Positions 42,422 through 53,921 of a DNA stretch of 64,000 nt are shown here, in pieces. The position numbers were made by a program, and so were the translations under genes. This DNA comes from an uncultured delta proteobacterium (GTDB lineage Bacteria > Myxococcota_A > Polyangia > Haliangiales > Haliangiaceae): the NCBI GenBank assembly GCA_963848295.1, contig CAWKDB010000002.1, forward strand, positions 992,001 to 1,056,000, read 5' to 3'. The notes under the pieces were generated by a model that made no database searches, had not been told where the DNA came from, and worked only from the letters and a program-made list of their open reading frames with translations. How positions within the stretch are numbered: position 1 is the first letter of the stretch; every line of letters starts with the position of its first letter.

Positions 42422-43288
42422 GTGAGCTTCGCGCGCCCGCCGTTCGAGATCCTTCGCGCCCCCGCCGCGATGCGCGCCCGCGCCGAGGATCTGCGCCGCG
42501 ACGGTCGCCGGATCGCGGTCGTGCCGACGATGGGAGCGTTGCACGCCGGCCACCTCGCGCTCGTTCGGGCCGCGCGCGCTCGCGCCGACGTCGTGATCCT
42601 CACGATCTTCGTCAACCCGACGCAGTTCGGCCCGAACGAAGATCTCGCGAAGTATCCTCGCGACGAAGCCGGCGACCTCGGCAAGGCGCGCGAAGCCGGC
42701 GCCGACCTCGCGTTCTGTCCCGATGCAGCGGCGATGTATCCGGCTGGCGCGCAGACGTTTGTCGAGGTTCGCGAGCTCCAGCAGCCGCTATGCGGTGCCC
42801 GCCGACCCGGCCACTTCGCCGGTGTCGCGACGATCGTGACGAAGCTATTCCACATCACGCAGCCGCATCTCGCCGTGTTCGGCGAGAAGGATTACCAGCA
42901 GCTCGCGATCCTGCGCCGGATGACTCGCGACCTCGACTTCGGGATCGAGATCGTGTCGGTCCCGATCGTGCGCGAGCCCGATGGCCTCGCGATGAGCTCG
43001 CGCAACGCGTACCTGTCCGCCGACGATCGCAGGGCCGCGCTCGCGCTGTCCGCTGGGCTCGCCGCCGCGCAAGCAGCGTTCGCCGCGGGTGAACGCGATG
43101 CAGGCGTCGTCGTCGCCGCGGCGCGCGCGCCGCTCGAACACGAGAGTCGCGTGCGAATCGATTACGTCGAGCTGCGCGACGCCGACGAGCTCACCGAGCT
43201 CGCCCGCATCGAGAAGCCCGCGGTGCTCGCGATCGCGGCGTTCCTCGGCAAGACCCGGCTGATCGACAACCGCGTGCTCGGCGCCTAG
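42422..43288 (+). CDS. panC: Pantoate--beta-alanine ligase
   Basis: VPTMGALHAGH, IFVNPTQF, RPGHF.GV, FGEKDYQQ, GLAMSSRN, RLIDN. Confidence 0.97.
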   Translation: MSFARPPFEILRAPAAMRARAEDLRRDGRRIAVVPTMGALHAGHLALVRAARARADVVILTIFVNPTQFGPNEDLAKYPRDEAGDLGKAREAGADLAFCPDAAAMYPAGAQTFVEVRELQQPLCGARRPGHFAGVATIVTKLFHITQPHLAVFGEKDYQQLAILRRMTRDLDFGIEIVSVPIVREPDGLAMSSRNAYLSADDRRAALALSAGLAAAQAAFAAGERDAGVVVAAARAPLEHESRVRIDYVELRDADELTELARIEKPAVLAIAAFLGKTRLIDNRVLGA

Positions 43289-43914
43289 GCCGCGCGCGCG
43301 ATCTGGCCGAGCTTCGCGGCGAGCCCGCTGCGATAGAACCGGCGCAGCTCGCCGAGCATTTCGGGAATCTTGCTGCGCGCGACGAACTCGCCCTCGAGCC
43401 ACGCCGCATAGCGACTCGCATTGTCGTTCGCGGCGCGGTAACGGTCGCGTTCGTCGTGGTCGAGGTCCTCGTCGTAGTCCGCGGCGGCGAACAGCCGGTG
43501 GCGCAGCGGCACCGAGGCGTCGGGGCCGATCGCGAGCAGACACGTGACGTACTTGTCGACCTCGGCTTGGAGCTCGAGCTCGAGCTGGCTGACCGGGCGC
43601 TCCGCACGCGCGCATTGGATCGCGTAGATGAAGTGCGAGACGCCCTCGACCGCGAGCAAGAAGTCTCCGAAGTTGTGGTCACCGAGCCGGCCGGCGTCGC
43701 TGCGATCGAGGTTGACCAGCGCCCGCGGATCGACGAACAGCGCGAGTGACATCTCGCCATCGTGCTCGCACACGAGCAACTGTTCGCGTGGGCGGCGTTC
43801 GGGCTGCAGGCCGTCGCGAGTCGGCTCGTCGATCATGAAGTCATCGACGTCGACGCCGGTCGAGACCCGGTACAACGCCTCGAGCCCGCGTTGCACGCGC
43901 GCGAGCGTTTTCAC
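43285..43914 (-). CDS. Hypothetical protein with degenerate zincin-like motif
   Basis: Coupled to upstream gene (TAGTG); EGVSHF...LELELQAEVDKY. Confidence 0.7.
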   Translation of the reverse strand: MKTLARVQRGLEALYRVSTGVDVDDFMIDEPTRDGLQPERRPREQLLVCEHDGEMSLALFVDPRALVNLDRSDAGRLGDHNFGDFLLAVEGVSHFIYAIQCARAERPVSQLELELQAEVDKYVTCLLAIGPDASVPLRHRLFAAADYDEDLDHDERDRYRAANDNASRYAAWLEGEFVARSKIPEMLGELRRFYRSGLAAKLGQIARAA

Positions 43915-44474
43915 TACTGGATCACTTTGTGGGCCGGATCGACGAGCACGCCGGCGGCGCGCAGCTTCTTCTCGATCCACTCGTCGCGCGTCCGCAGCCA
44001 CATCTCGTACAACTTCGTGATGTCGGCGCTCGCGAAATCGGTGCGCTTGCGTACCTCGGCGAGCACGTCGACGAACTGCGGAAACTTGTCCGCGAGCTCT
44101 TCGTAGACCTCCGAGATCCGCGCGCCGCGGCTCATCGACCGCGCGAGCTGCGCGTATGCGCTCTGGCCGAGCCCGACGTAGTAGTCGACATCGACCAGCG
44201 ACCGCGACAGCGACTCCGCGAAGAACCCCGCGACATATAGGGACGTGTCGCCGACGTGCTTGAGCGTGCGTACCCGTTCACCAGGGTCCGCGCCGGGTTG
44301 CGCGAGCTTGACGCCGAGCGGCTCGTCGGTGAGCCGCGCGCGCGTCATGTCGCCGAGTAGGCCGACCAGGTACCAACTCGCGGGCTCCGAGGCCGCGAGG
44401 TCGACCACCGATAACGCATCGGTCACGACCTCGTGAAAGAACTCGTCGACCGAGCTGGCGAGAGTAACGTCCAT
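43914..44474 (-). CDS. Hypothetical helical protein
   Basis: Protein-like composition (GDTSLYVAGFFAESL..VDYYVGLGQSAY), GC3 bias; divergent from groES. Confidence 0.75.
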   Translation of the reverse strand: MDVTLASSVDEFFHEVVTDALSVVDLAASEPASWYLVGLLGDMTRARLTDEPLGVKLAQPGADPGERVRTLKHVGDTSLYVAGFFAESLSRSLVDVDYYVGLGQSAYAQLARSMSRGARISEVYEELADKFPQFVDVLAEVRKRTDFASADITKLYEMWLRTRDEWIEKKLRAAGVLVDPAHKVIQ

Positions 44475-44631
44475 GATTCTGATCTTCGGCCGCATCTGAG
44501 ATCGCGCAAGAACTCGGCGATTCCATATGCTTAGAGAACGCTCCGGAACGGCGTTCTCGGCAGCCCGCGGTGTGGGCGGATCTGCGACCCGCCCGCTCGT
44601 GTCGTTACCAACGAAATCCGCAGCCTACGCC

Positions 44632-44661
44632 CTTGCCAAGGGGCTCTCGGGGCCTTATCTC
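44632..44661 (+). promoter_or_regulatory. Putative groESL promoter
   Basis: CTTGCCA...CCTTATCT (TTGCCA-N17-TATCTC; also RpoH-like CTTG-N18-CTTATCT) just 5' of CIRCE. Confidence 0.45.
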
Positions 44662-44669
44662 CAGGCTCG

Positions 44670-44696
44670 TTAGCAGTCGTCTGTGGTGAGTGCTAA
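44670..44696 (+). promoter_or_regulatory. CIRCE element (HrcA operator)
   Basis: TTAGCAGTC-N9-GAGTGCTAA, one mismatch to consensus, upstream of groES. Confidence 0.92.
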
Positions 44697-44727
44697 CAAA
44701 ATCCAGCTTTCCCCGAGGAGACCCGTC

Positions 44728-45017
<290 letters not shown>

Positions 45018-45028
45018 GGAGTAGGACC

Positions 45029-46693
<1,665 letters not shown>

Positions 46694-46712
46694 CTCGGCT
46701 CGTGCGCTGCGG

Positions 46713-46745
46713 AAGCGGCGGCCATCGTGGCCGCCGTTTTGCTTT
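46713..46745 (+). terminator. Rho-independent terminator of groESL
   Basis: CGGCGGCCA-TCG-TGGCCGCCG followed by TTTTGCTTT. Confidence 0.85.
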
Positions 46746-46813
46746 CCGGAGAACGAGTACGTGCACGTGCCACGTGTCACGTGCTCCGTGCTCGTACGCG
46801 CTCCGGCCTTGGC

Positions 46814-47131
46814 CTACCGCCCGGGTCTGCGGACGATCAGCTCGGCCCTGGGCAGCCCGCGCTCGCGCGTGAGCTGCGCGTGCTCGGTCTCCCAGCTCGC
46901 GGCGCGCCACGCGAACGTGAGCTCGGCGATCCACCACGTGACCGGTGCGATCACACCGGCGGTCAGCGTCAGCTGGAGCCGCGGCCACTCGCCGTGGAGA
47001 TCGCGCGCGAGCCAGGCGATCGCGAGCGGCGACAGCACCACCGCGCCGAGCACGGCGAGCTTTCGCCGATGGCGGTCGAGCCAGCGCACGCGCTGCGCGA
47101 GTTGCTCGAGGCGATCGGACGCGTCGCTCAC
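46814..47131 (-). CDS. Small 2-TM hypothetical protein
   Basis: Two hydrophobic segments; GTG at 47131 preceded by TACGCT. Confidence 0.55.
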   Translation of the reverse strand: MSDASDRLEQLAQRVRWLDRHRRKLAVLGAVVLSPLAIAWLARDLHGEWPRLQLTLTAGVIAPVTWWIAELTFAWRAASWETEHAQLTRERGLPRAELIVRRPGR

Positions 47132-47148
47132 TCGATTCAGCGTAGCAC

Positions 47149-47571
47149 CTATTGATGTAGGTCTTCGATGCAGTCGAGTTGCGCCTGCGCGCTCGACTGC
47201 GTCGCATGACCGGTCGTCGCGTCGCACGTGAAGTGCTCCGCCATGCATGCGTAGGTTCGTTGGTTCGCAGGCTCGCCTTGCACCGCCGGGTCACTGACTC
47301 GGACGATCGCCGACAAGCACGAGTCGCGTCCCGCGCCAGACAGATGTTCGCAGCACGCTTGCTCGTCGGAGGTCGCCTGCGCGTACACCGCGCCGTTGTG
47401 GTGATGACCGCCACACGCCGCGATCGTCAGCGCGATCCAGGCGCGAACGGCAATCGACAGTGTGGCGCGCGCTCCAGTGAAGCGCCGTTCACGGATCGCG
47501 GTTGCGAGGATGTCGCGACCGAAGACAAACGCGTGCAACTGCTGGGCAGCTCGATCATTGCGGTAGCTCAT
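47149..47571 (-). CDS. Cys-rich putative lipoprotein
   Basis: TIAAC lipobox-like motif and six further Cys; start uncertain; sigma54 site upstream. Confidence 0.6.
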   Translation of the reverse strand: MSYRNDRAAQQLHAFVFGRDILATAIRERRFTGARATLSIAVRAWIALTIAACGGHHHNGAVYAQATSDEQACCEHLSGAGRDSCLSAIVRVSDPAVQGEPANQRTYACMAEHFTCDATTGHATQSSAQAQLDCIEDLHQ

Positions 47572-47584
47572 GGCAACGCTACAA

Positions 47585-47624
47585 CGCAAGCGCCCTGCCA
47601 TCTCGTCGCGGCACGACGCTCGCA
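47585..47624. promoter_or_regulatory. Divergent pair of sigma54 promoters
   Basis: Minus TGGCAG-GGCGC-TTGCG (47600-47585); plus CGGCAC-GACGC-TCGCA (47609-47624); each 12-13 nt from an ATG. Confidence 0.6.
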
Positions 47625-47636
47625 ACTTGCCGGCGG

Positions 47637-48983
47637 ATGCGCGTTGCTCGACTAGGTTGTGCGTTGCTCGCGATGTCGGCATGTGGAGCTCGCTATCGCA
47701 CCGAGCTGATCGGCCACGGGGTCGCGATCATCGGTCCGGCGCCGATCGGGGCGCCGCCGGTCGCGATCGTTCCGGGCGACTACGAGATCGCCGTCCACTT
47801 CTCGGTCCCGCGCGCCCAGATCGTCGACTGGAAGGTCGCATGCGCCGACGCGACCGCGGATGGCCAGCTCGGCGAGACCTTCGACGCGTATCGCGGGCGC
47901 CGGATCGCCGAGCTCCGCCACGACCGCGATCAGAAGAAGGCGACGATCTCCGCGATCACCGGTGCGCTGGTGGGAACGGTCGCGCCACCGGTGCAAGCGC
48001 GGGTGAGCGTGCCCGGCGGCCAGGCCACCGCGACGGTCTCGCCGGGTGCGGCGGTCGGGTCGGCGGTCGCGGATGCCGCGGTCAGCGACGACATCGTGTT
48101 GCCGCCGGGCGACGTGGGCGGCGGCACGCTGACCAAGAAGATCCGGCTGGCGGCGGCGACCGCCGGCAACTGCTCGCTGACCGCCACGGCCGATGACCCC
48201 GTCGTAGGCACGTTCGACGTGACTCGCATCCACGACCTCGCCGCCGAGGCCCGCGCCGCCGATGAGCTACGCCGCGCCGCCGCGATCGATGTCCGCGCCC
48301 ATGTCGTCGCGCAGCTCACCGCATCGGGCGCCGATCCCGAGCTCCGGCTACGGCTCGCCGCCGTCGCGACCGCCGAAGCGAACCGGCGGGCCGCGATCGT
48401 CACCGCCGAAGCGAACGCGCGCCTCGCCGTGGCGTTCGAGCTCCGCGCACGGATCGAAGGAGAGCTCGTCGGCTGGGGGGCAGTCGCGGGGATGCGCGCG
48501 CGGCTGATCGCAGAACGGCAGGCCGCGGCCGCCGAGGTCAGGATCGAGCGCGATGCGATCGTGCAAGCGAGGCTCGACGCGGAACAACGACGGATGACAT
48601 CCGCGCTCGCCGCACGAGGTGAGGTTCGCGCGTATCTCGTCGCGCTCGGTGCGCGCGAGCGGCCCGCGATGCCCGATCCGATCGACGAGCCACGTGGCAG
48701 CGCGCCGTTCATAGGCGCGACGTGGCTCGACGGCCACTGGACCTGGAGCGGCGAGGCATGGGAGTGGACCAAGGGCGGCTGGGACGATCCGCGAACGTTT
48801 GGTCCGAGCGGCGGCCCGGATCCGGTCGGCGCGGCTCCGAGCGTCGGGCTCGAAGCCCCGGCCGTCGCGATCCCCTCGGTCGTGGTTCCGGTACGGGTCG
48901 AGGTTCACGTCCCGGTGCGGATCGACGTGCACGTCCCGGCGCGCAAGCTGGTGCACCCGCCCGAGCCTCTCAAGAAACGCTAG
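47637..48983 (+). CDS. Lipoprotein with WXXGXW repeats
   Basis: AMSAC lipobox, Ala-rich coiled coil, TWLDGHWTWSGEAWEWTKGGW. Confidence 0.75.
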   Translation: MRVARLGCALLAMSACGARYRTELIGHGVAIIGPAPIGAPPVAIVPGDYEIAVHFSVPRAQIVDWKVACADATADGQLGETFDAYRGRRIAELRHDRDQKKATISAITGALVGTVAPPVQARVSVPGGQATATVSPGAAVGSAVADAAVSDDIVLPPGDVGGGTLTKKIRLAAATAGNCSLTATADDPVVGTFDVTRIHDLAAEARAADELRRAAAIDVRAHVVAQLTASGADPELRLRLAAVATAEANRRAAIVTAEANARLAVAFELRARIEGELVGWGAVAGMRARLIAERQAAAAEVRIERDAIVQARLDAEQRRMTSALAARGEVRAYLVALGARERPAMPDPIDEPRGSAPFIGATWLDGHWTWSGEAWEWTKGGWDDPRTFGPSGGPDPVGAAPSVGLEAPAVAIPSVVVPVRVEVHVPVRIDVHVPARKLVHPPEPLKKR

Positions 48984-49300
48984 TTGCTGCCGTCGTCACT
49001 GCATGCGCGCGCTTGAGTCGCGGTCTTCGCCGCGATCATGCAGTCGATCTGGCTGTCGTTGTTCGCGGCGGTGCACTTGCTGACCACGACATCGATGCGA
49101 TCTTCGATCTTCTTGTCGAGCTTCGCCGTCTCCTCCTTGCGGACGAGATCGCGCTTGTCCGGCGGCGCCGCGGCGATGTCCTTGTTGGCTTGGTCCCAGA
49201 ACAGCAACGTGAAGTAGTTGCGAATCCCCTTCTCGCACTTCACCGGGTCGCCCTTGCAGCCGAGCGTGACAACGCACACGAGTAACAAGGTCCAGCGCAT
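48980..49300 (-). CDS. Small Cys-rich lipoprotein
   Basis: GAGGGG SD; TLGC lipobox; four further Cys. Confidence 0.75.
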   Translation of the reverse strand: MRWTLLLVCVVTLGCKGDPVKCEKGIRNYFTLLFWDQANKDIAAAPPDKRDLVRKEETAKLDKKIEDRIDVVVSKCTAANNDSQIDCMIAAKTATQARACSDDGSN

Positions 49301-49341
49301 GCCCCTCGCCTACCACGTTTGCAGCGGTCTAGGATGCGACG

Positions 49342-50466
49342 ATGCGTCGCCCCTGCCTGACCGCCCTGGCCATCGGCCTAGCGGCGAGCGCGGGGGCCGC
49401 GCGAGCGACGCCGTGGGGACTCAGCGCCGAAGCCGGCGCTGAATACGACACGAACGTCGAGCGCGTCGAGACCGGCCCCGGGCTCGATACCGCGCCGATC
49501 GCGTCGGGCGTGCTCCGTCTCGGCGTGCGCGCCGATCACAAGGGCGACGTCGCGGGTGGCCACTACGCGCTCGCGTTGTCGGACCTGACGCGTGTCGTCT
49601 CGACTGGTACCGCCGAGATCGAGGATGTCACGCTGCTCGCAGGCGACGTGCGCTGGCTGCACCCGGTCGGCGATCGCCCGGTGTCGCTCGGCTTCGGCTT
49701 GACCGCCGCCGATTCGCAAGCGATCGCGGATACGGTCGGTGCGCGCACGTTCGTCAACCTCGGCGGCGATCTCCTGCTGCAACTGCGCGACACCGACGAT
49801 CGCCGCCTGACGCTCGCGGTCGGGGGCCGCCATTTCGAGTACAAGCCGGACGAGGAGTACGACTGGGACGGGCCGACCGCGAACGCGCGACTCGATGTCA
49901 CGCTCTATCACTCGGACGATCGGACGCGCAGCCTCGAGCTCGCGACGCTGCTCGCGTTCGAGGCGCGGATGTACGGCAGTGCGGCGCTCGGCAAGTGCGC
50001 GCCCGGCCAGCCGCCGGACTGTGTCGTCGCGACCGAGATCTCGCGCGCCGATCGCTACCAGCGCGCGGGTATCGAGCTGACCTACGTCGGCCGTCAGGTG
50101 CTATCGCTCGGCTACGACGTCTCGGTCGTCGACTCGAACAGCTACGGCCAGTCGCTCGTACGCCATCGCGTGACCGCGTCGGCGACGACCTCGCTGCCCC
50201 ACAAGCTGTACTTCACCGCGATCGCGATCTTGCAGATCGACGACTACCTCGACGGCCTCGTCCTCCAGCAAGATCTCCAGCACACGTCGTTCACCAGCCT
50301 CGACGACGAGAACCGCAGCTCGATCCAGCTCCGACTCGCGCGCGCGCTGACACCGGCGTGGTCGATCGAGGTGCGCGCCGCGGCGTGGCGCAACATCGCC
50401 GGCGATACGATGGACCTCGCGTTTCACCGCGAGCTGGTCTCGCTCGGCGTCGTCTACAACAAGTAG
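49342..50466 (+). CDS. Putative outer-membrane beta-barrel protein
   Basis: Signal peptide, GAEYDTNV start, amphipathic strands, C-terminal LGVVY. Confidence 0.7.
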   Translation: MRRPCLTALAIGLAASAGAARATPWGLSAEAGAEYDTNVERVETGPGLDTAPIASGVLRLGVRADHKGDVAGGHYALALSDLTRVVSTGTAEIEDVTLLAGDVRWLHPVGDRPVSLGFGLTAADSQAIADTVGARTFVNLGGDLLLQLRDTDDRRLTLAVGGRHFEYKPDEEYDWDGPTANARLDVTLYHSDDRTRSLELATLLAFEARMYGSAALGKCAPGQPPDCVVATEISRADRYQRAGIELTYVGRQVLSLGYDVSVVDSNSYGQSLVRHRVTASATTSLPHKLYFTAIAILQIDDYLDGLVLQQDLQHTSFTSLDDENRSSIQLRLARALTPAWSIEVRAAAWRNIAGDTMDLAFHRELVSLGVVYNK

Positions 50467-51432
50467 TCACCGGTGGCCGCGCAGCGCTCGCGCGCGCGCT
50501 TCGATCGCGTTGCGCTGATCGGTCAGGCGCTTGAGCCGCGCCCTGACCGCATCGCGCATCTTCTCCGCCGCTGCGGCGCGCTGTGCGGGATCGCCGGAGA
50601 GCTGCGCGCGGGTCAGCCCGTCGATCGTCGCGTGATCGACGACGTCGGCGAGCACGATCGAGATATCGGTCTCGAACGTGCGGTTATCGGTCAGAGCCTG
50701 CGTGTGATCACCGCCGGCCAGGTTCGTGGTCGGGCTCGCGGCGCCGAACGTCTCGGTCCCGCTAGAACGAGGCGTCGCGCGTTGCGGCTCATCGTCTTCA
50801 CGCCGGGCGACGTCGATCGCGCGCTTGTGGTTCTTGTCGAGCTCGGCACGTTGCTCGAGGTCTTGCGCTTGGCGATCGAGCTCGCCGGCTTGCTTGGTCA
50901 ACTGCGCTTCGTCCTCGCGCAGCGCCTTGGCGCACTGGTCGAGCTCTTCCGGATCGGCGGCCGGATCGGCGTCGCAGTTCGGGATCACGATCTTGCGCGG
51001 CGCCTGCTGCGCCGGCACGACCCTCGCTCGCAGCGCGGCGAGCTGCTGCGCGCGCGGCGCCGGCGGCGTGGTCGCGAGCTCGGCATCGATCGCGACGATC
51101 AGCTCGTGGCGCGCGGCGGCGAGTGCAGCTTGCGCGGTCGCGACATCCCGACTCGCGCGCGTCAGCTGGTTCGCGGTGTCGGACGCATCGGCGAGCGCGG
51201 ACCGCAGCTCGCGATCCCGGCTCCACGACGGCCGCTCGGTCTTGAGACCGTCGATCGCGTTCTGCTCGTCGGCATAATGCCGGCCGAGGTCGGCCTGCTT
51301 GGCCACCGCTTCGCTCGCCTTGCGCTCCGCCGCGGTCGCGCCGGCCTGGGCGCGGTCGACCCCGCCGACGGCTGGATCGGCCCATGCGGCGGCACATGCC
51401 ACCGTCACGAGCACAGCTGCCAGCCAACGCAT
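50467..51432 (-). CDS. Secreted coiled-coil protein
   Basis: Signal peptide MRWLAAVLVTVACAAAWA; heptad-rich sequence; GAGG SD. Confidence 0.7.
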   Translation of the reverse strand: MRWLAAVLVTVACAAAWADPAVGGVDRAQAGATAAERKASEAVAKQADLGRHYADEQNAIDGLKTERPSWSRDRELRSALADASDTANQLTRASRDVATAQAALAAARHELIVAIDAELATTPPAPRAQQLAALRARVVPAQQAPRKIVIPNCDADPAADPEELDQCAKALREDEAQLTKQAGELDRQAQDLEQRAELDKNHKRAIDVARREDDEPQRATPRSSGTETFGAASPTTNLAGGDHTQALTDNRTFETDISIVLADVVDHATIDGLTRAQLSGDPAQRAAAAEKMRDAVRARLKRLTDQRNAIEARARALRGHR

Positions 51433-51445
51433 CGCCTCAGAGTTA

Positions 51446-51461
51446 AGCAGCCCCCGTGCCA
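51446..51461 (-). promoter_or_regulatory. Sigma54 -24/-12 promoter
   Basis: TGGCAC-GGGGG-CTGCT on the minus strand, 13 nt upstream of ATG 51432. Confidence 0.7.
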
Positions 51462-51560
51462 CGCACAAGGCCTCGATGTCACCGGGTTCAGCCCGCCGAA
51501 ACCTCTAGATCGTGAAGCCGGACAACCTGCCCCCCTCAGGAATCTGAGGCCCGAGGCGGA

Positions 51561-51953
51561 TTAGGGGGCGACCCGCTCACCCGCGAGGCGCAAGGTGAGA
51601 TAGCGCAGGGCCGCGGTCGCGTGGGTCGCGAGCACCGCGAGTGGCTCGCCGCCCGGCCGGTGCCACACGAGATAGTCGCGGCCGGTCGCGTCGACGATCG
51701 CGTGAAATCGCATGTGGACGAGCGCGAACCCGCCATCGAGCTCGAGCCGATCGCCATCCGGCGCGATGCCCTCCTCGAGCGGCCGGCCGTAACGCGTCAT
51801 CACGCGATCGACCGCGGCGACCGAGAGCTCGCCGCTCGCGCCTTCATCATCCTCGAGCGCGAGTCGGTCCGCCCCACGCCGCGCCCAGCTACGCGCGATC
51901 TGGCCGTCCGCGCGGATCCGCTCGTCGAGTAGCAGCCGCGGCTCGCCTGTCAT
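51561..51953 (-). CDS. Hypothetical protein
   Basis: Protein-like composition; fills the gap between genes. Confidence 0.55.
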   Translation of the reverse strand: MTGEPRLLLDERIRADGQIARSWARRGADRLALEDDEGASGELSVAAVDRVMTRYGRPLEEGIAPDGDRLELDGGFALVHMRFHAIVDATGRDYLVWHRPGGEPLAVLATHATAALRYLTLRLAGERVAP

Positions 51954-52004
51954 CGCGCCATCGTGCGACTTGCGCGGTGGAGGATCAACCGGGAAACTCC
52001 AGCC

Positions 52005-53804
52005 ATGCGCCGCGCGTTGCTCGTGCTCGCGATCTCGTGCGGCGGCCCGCAGCTCGCCGACCCCGGCAAGCGCGCCGATCTGTCGAACCTGTTGCCGGCC
52101 ACGCTCGAGGCCGAGCGGCCGAAGACCGGCGATCCGCGCGTCGCCCACGTCCGGGTGTGGGCCGACGCCGGCGTGCGCGCGCTACCGCACTGGCGCGAAG
52201 ACATCACCGACCAGATCGACTACGCGAGTCAGCTGCTGACCCCGTTCGTCGGCGTGCGGCTGCAAGTCGACAAGATCGGCGACTGGGATCGCCAGGGCGA
52301 TCCGAAGCTCGCGCTCGGCGAGCTGCGCAAGGCCGATGCCGGCGACGACGCGACCTGGGTGATCGGCTACGTCACGCCGCCCGACGTCTCGAGCAAGGAC
52401 ATGGCCGAGCTCGGTGAAGCGCACGTCCTCGACAAGTACGTCATCGTCCGATCGTGGCCGGAGCAAGCCGAGACCACGGCGCTCGCCGCTCGTCTGCCCG
52501 AGCTCAAGGACGCCGATCGAGCCGAAGTGATCAGCGCGCACAAGCGCCACAAGCAAACCGTCGTGCTGCTCCACATGCTCGCGGCGACGGTCGGCGCGAT
52601 CGGCGAGGCCGATCCGTCGTGGATCCAGGCCCTGCTCTACTCGCCGAAGCAATCGACGTTCTCGCAGCGCAATCGCGAGCTGATGGAGCTCGGGATCGGG
52701 CTCAAGCTCGCGGTCGTCAACCAGCAAACGCTCGCGCACGATCTGCTCGAGAACATCGAGAAGCAAGACTGGGGCGGCTGGGTTCCCGCCGACAAAGATC
52801 AAGTCGTCACCGCGCTGCGCAACGCGATCGACTCGGCCAAGGCCGGCAAGACCGCGGCCGATGTCCCGTCCGGCGCGTATCCCCAGTTCGACCGCGTGCG
52901 CGAGCTACAGAAGAAGGGCGACATCCAAGAGGCGACGCTCGAGATCGATAACTTGTTGAGCGCTTATCCGGGCAACGCCGCGATGACCGAGCTCAAGTGC
53001 GAGTTGCTGATCGCGAAGCCGGGCCTCACCGACAAGGTCACGCTGGCGACCTGCGCCCACGCGAGCGAGGTCGCGCCTGGCGATCCGACGCCCCACATGG
53101 TGCTCGGCGAGGCCTACGCGAAGGCGAAAAATATGATCGCCGCGCGAACGCAGCTCGCGCAAGCCGAAGATCTGATCGCAAATCTCAAGACCCGCCAGGC
53201 CGACGCGTGGCGCCGCGTGATCGGCGACTACGTCTCGGTCGGGGCGCTGACGTGGACCGAAGACGCGATCGCCAAGGCCAAGCTCGACCACGATCCTGCC
53301 GCGCCGATCGTCGCTCAGACGCGCGTGCGGTTCGGCGTGCCGCGCGACGGAAAGATCGTCAAGCCCGATGCCGAGGGTGCGTTCGTCGCGACGATCCAAG
53401 CCGCGCTCGACCAGGTCTATTCGAGCAAGTACGGCGAGGCCGCGCGATCGCTCGCCGCGGCGGATCGCAAGTGGCCCGGTGCGCCTGGGATCTCTGCCGC
53501 GCGCTGCGATCTCGAGCTCCGCCGAGGTCAGGCCGCCGAGGCGCGAGACGCGTGCCGGCGCGCGATCGCGAGCGACCCGGACGACTCCTGGGCGCTGTAT
53601 CTGTCGGGCGTGATCGATCTCGAGAACGAGAGCGGGACGAAGGCCGGGATCGAGCAGCTCAAGCGCGCGATCGCGGTCGACCCCGACCTCGGCCAAGCCT
53701 GGCGCGCGCTCGGCAAGGCCTACGCCCGCGAGCACGCGACCGCGGACCTCGAGCGCCTGGGCAAGGACTACGCCGCGAAGTTCAACCAGCAACTGCCCCA
53801 GTGA
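52005..53804 (+). CDS. TPR lipoprotein with degenerate metalloprotease-like N-terminal domain
   Basis: LAISC lipobox; LLHMLAATVGA; multiple TPRs. Confidence 0.8.
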   Translation: MRRALLVLAISCGGPQLADPGKRADLSNLLPATLEAERPKTGDPRVAHVRVWADAGVRALPHWREDITDQIDYASQLLTPFVGVRLQVDKIGDWDRQGDPKLALGELRKADAGDDATWVIGYVTPPDVSSKDMAELGEAHVLDKYVIVRSWPEQAETTALAARLPELKDADRAEVISAHKRHKQTVVLLHMLAATVGAIGEADPSWIQALLYSPKQSTFSQRNRELMELGIGLKLAVVNQQTLAHDLLENIEKQDWGGWVPADKDQVVTALRNAIDSAKAGKTAADVPSGAYPQFDRVRELQKKGDIQEATLEIDNLLSAYPGNAAMTELKCELLIAKPGLTDKVTLATCAHASEVAPGDPTPHMVLGEAYAKAKNMIAARTQLAQAEDLIANLKTRQADAWRRVIGDYVSVGALTWTEDAIAKAKLDHDPAAPIVAQTRVRFGVPRDGKIVKPDAEGAFVATIQAALDQVYSSKYGEAARSLAAADRKWPGAPGISAARCDLELRRGQAAEARDACRRAIASDPDDSWALYLSGVIDLENESGTKAGIEQLKRAIAVDPDLGQAWRALGKAYAREHATADLERLGKDYAAKFNQQLPQ

Positions 53805-53921
53805 ACGCGACAGAGCGTTCGTGCCATCATCGGCCCATGGCCAAGGTCACCGCGATCGCGATCGCACTAGCCGCCTGCGAAAAAACACACGCGACGACGC
53901 ACGTCGACTCGTGGAAGTGAC

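Noticed and set aside
53837..53920. 27-aa ORF with lipobox-like ALAAC
   Set aside because: Too short, with no independent support from the sequence alone
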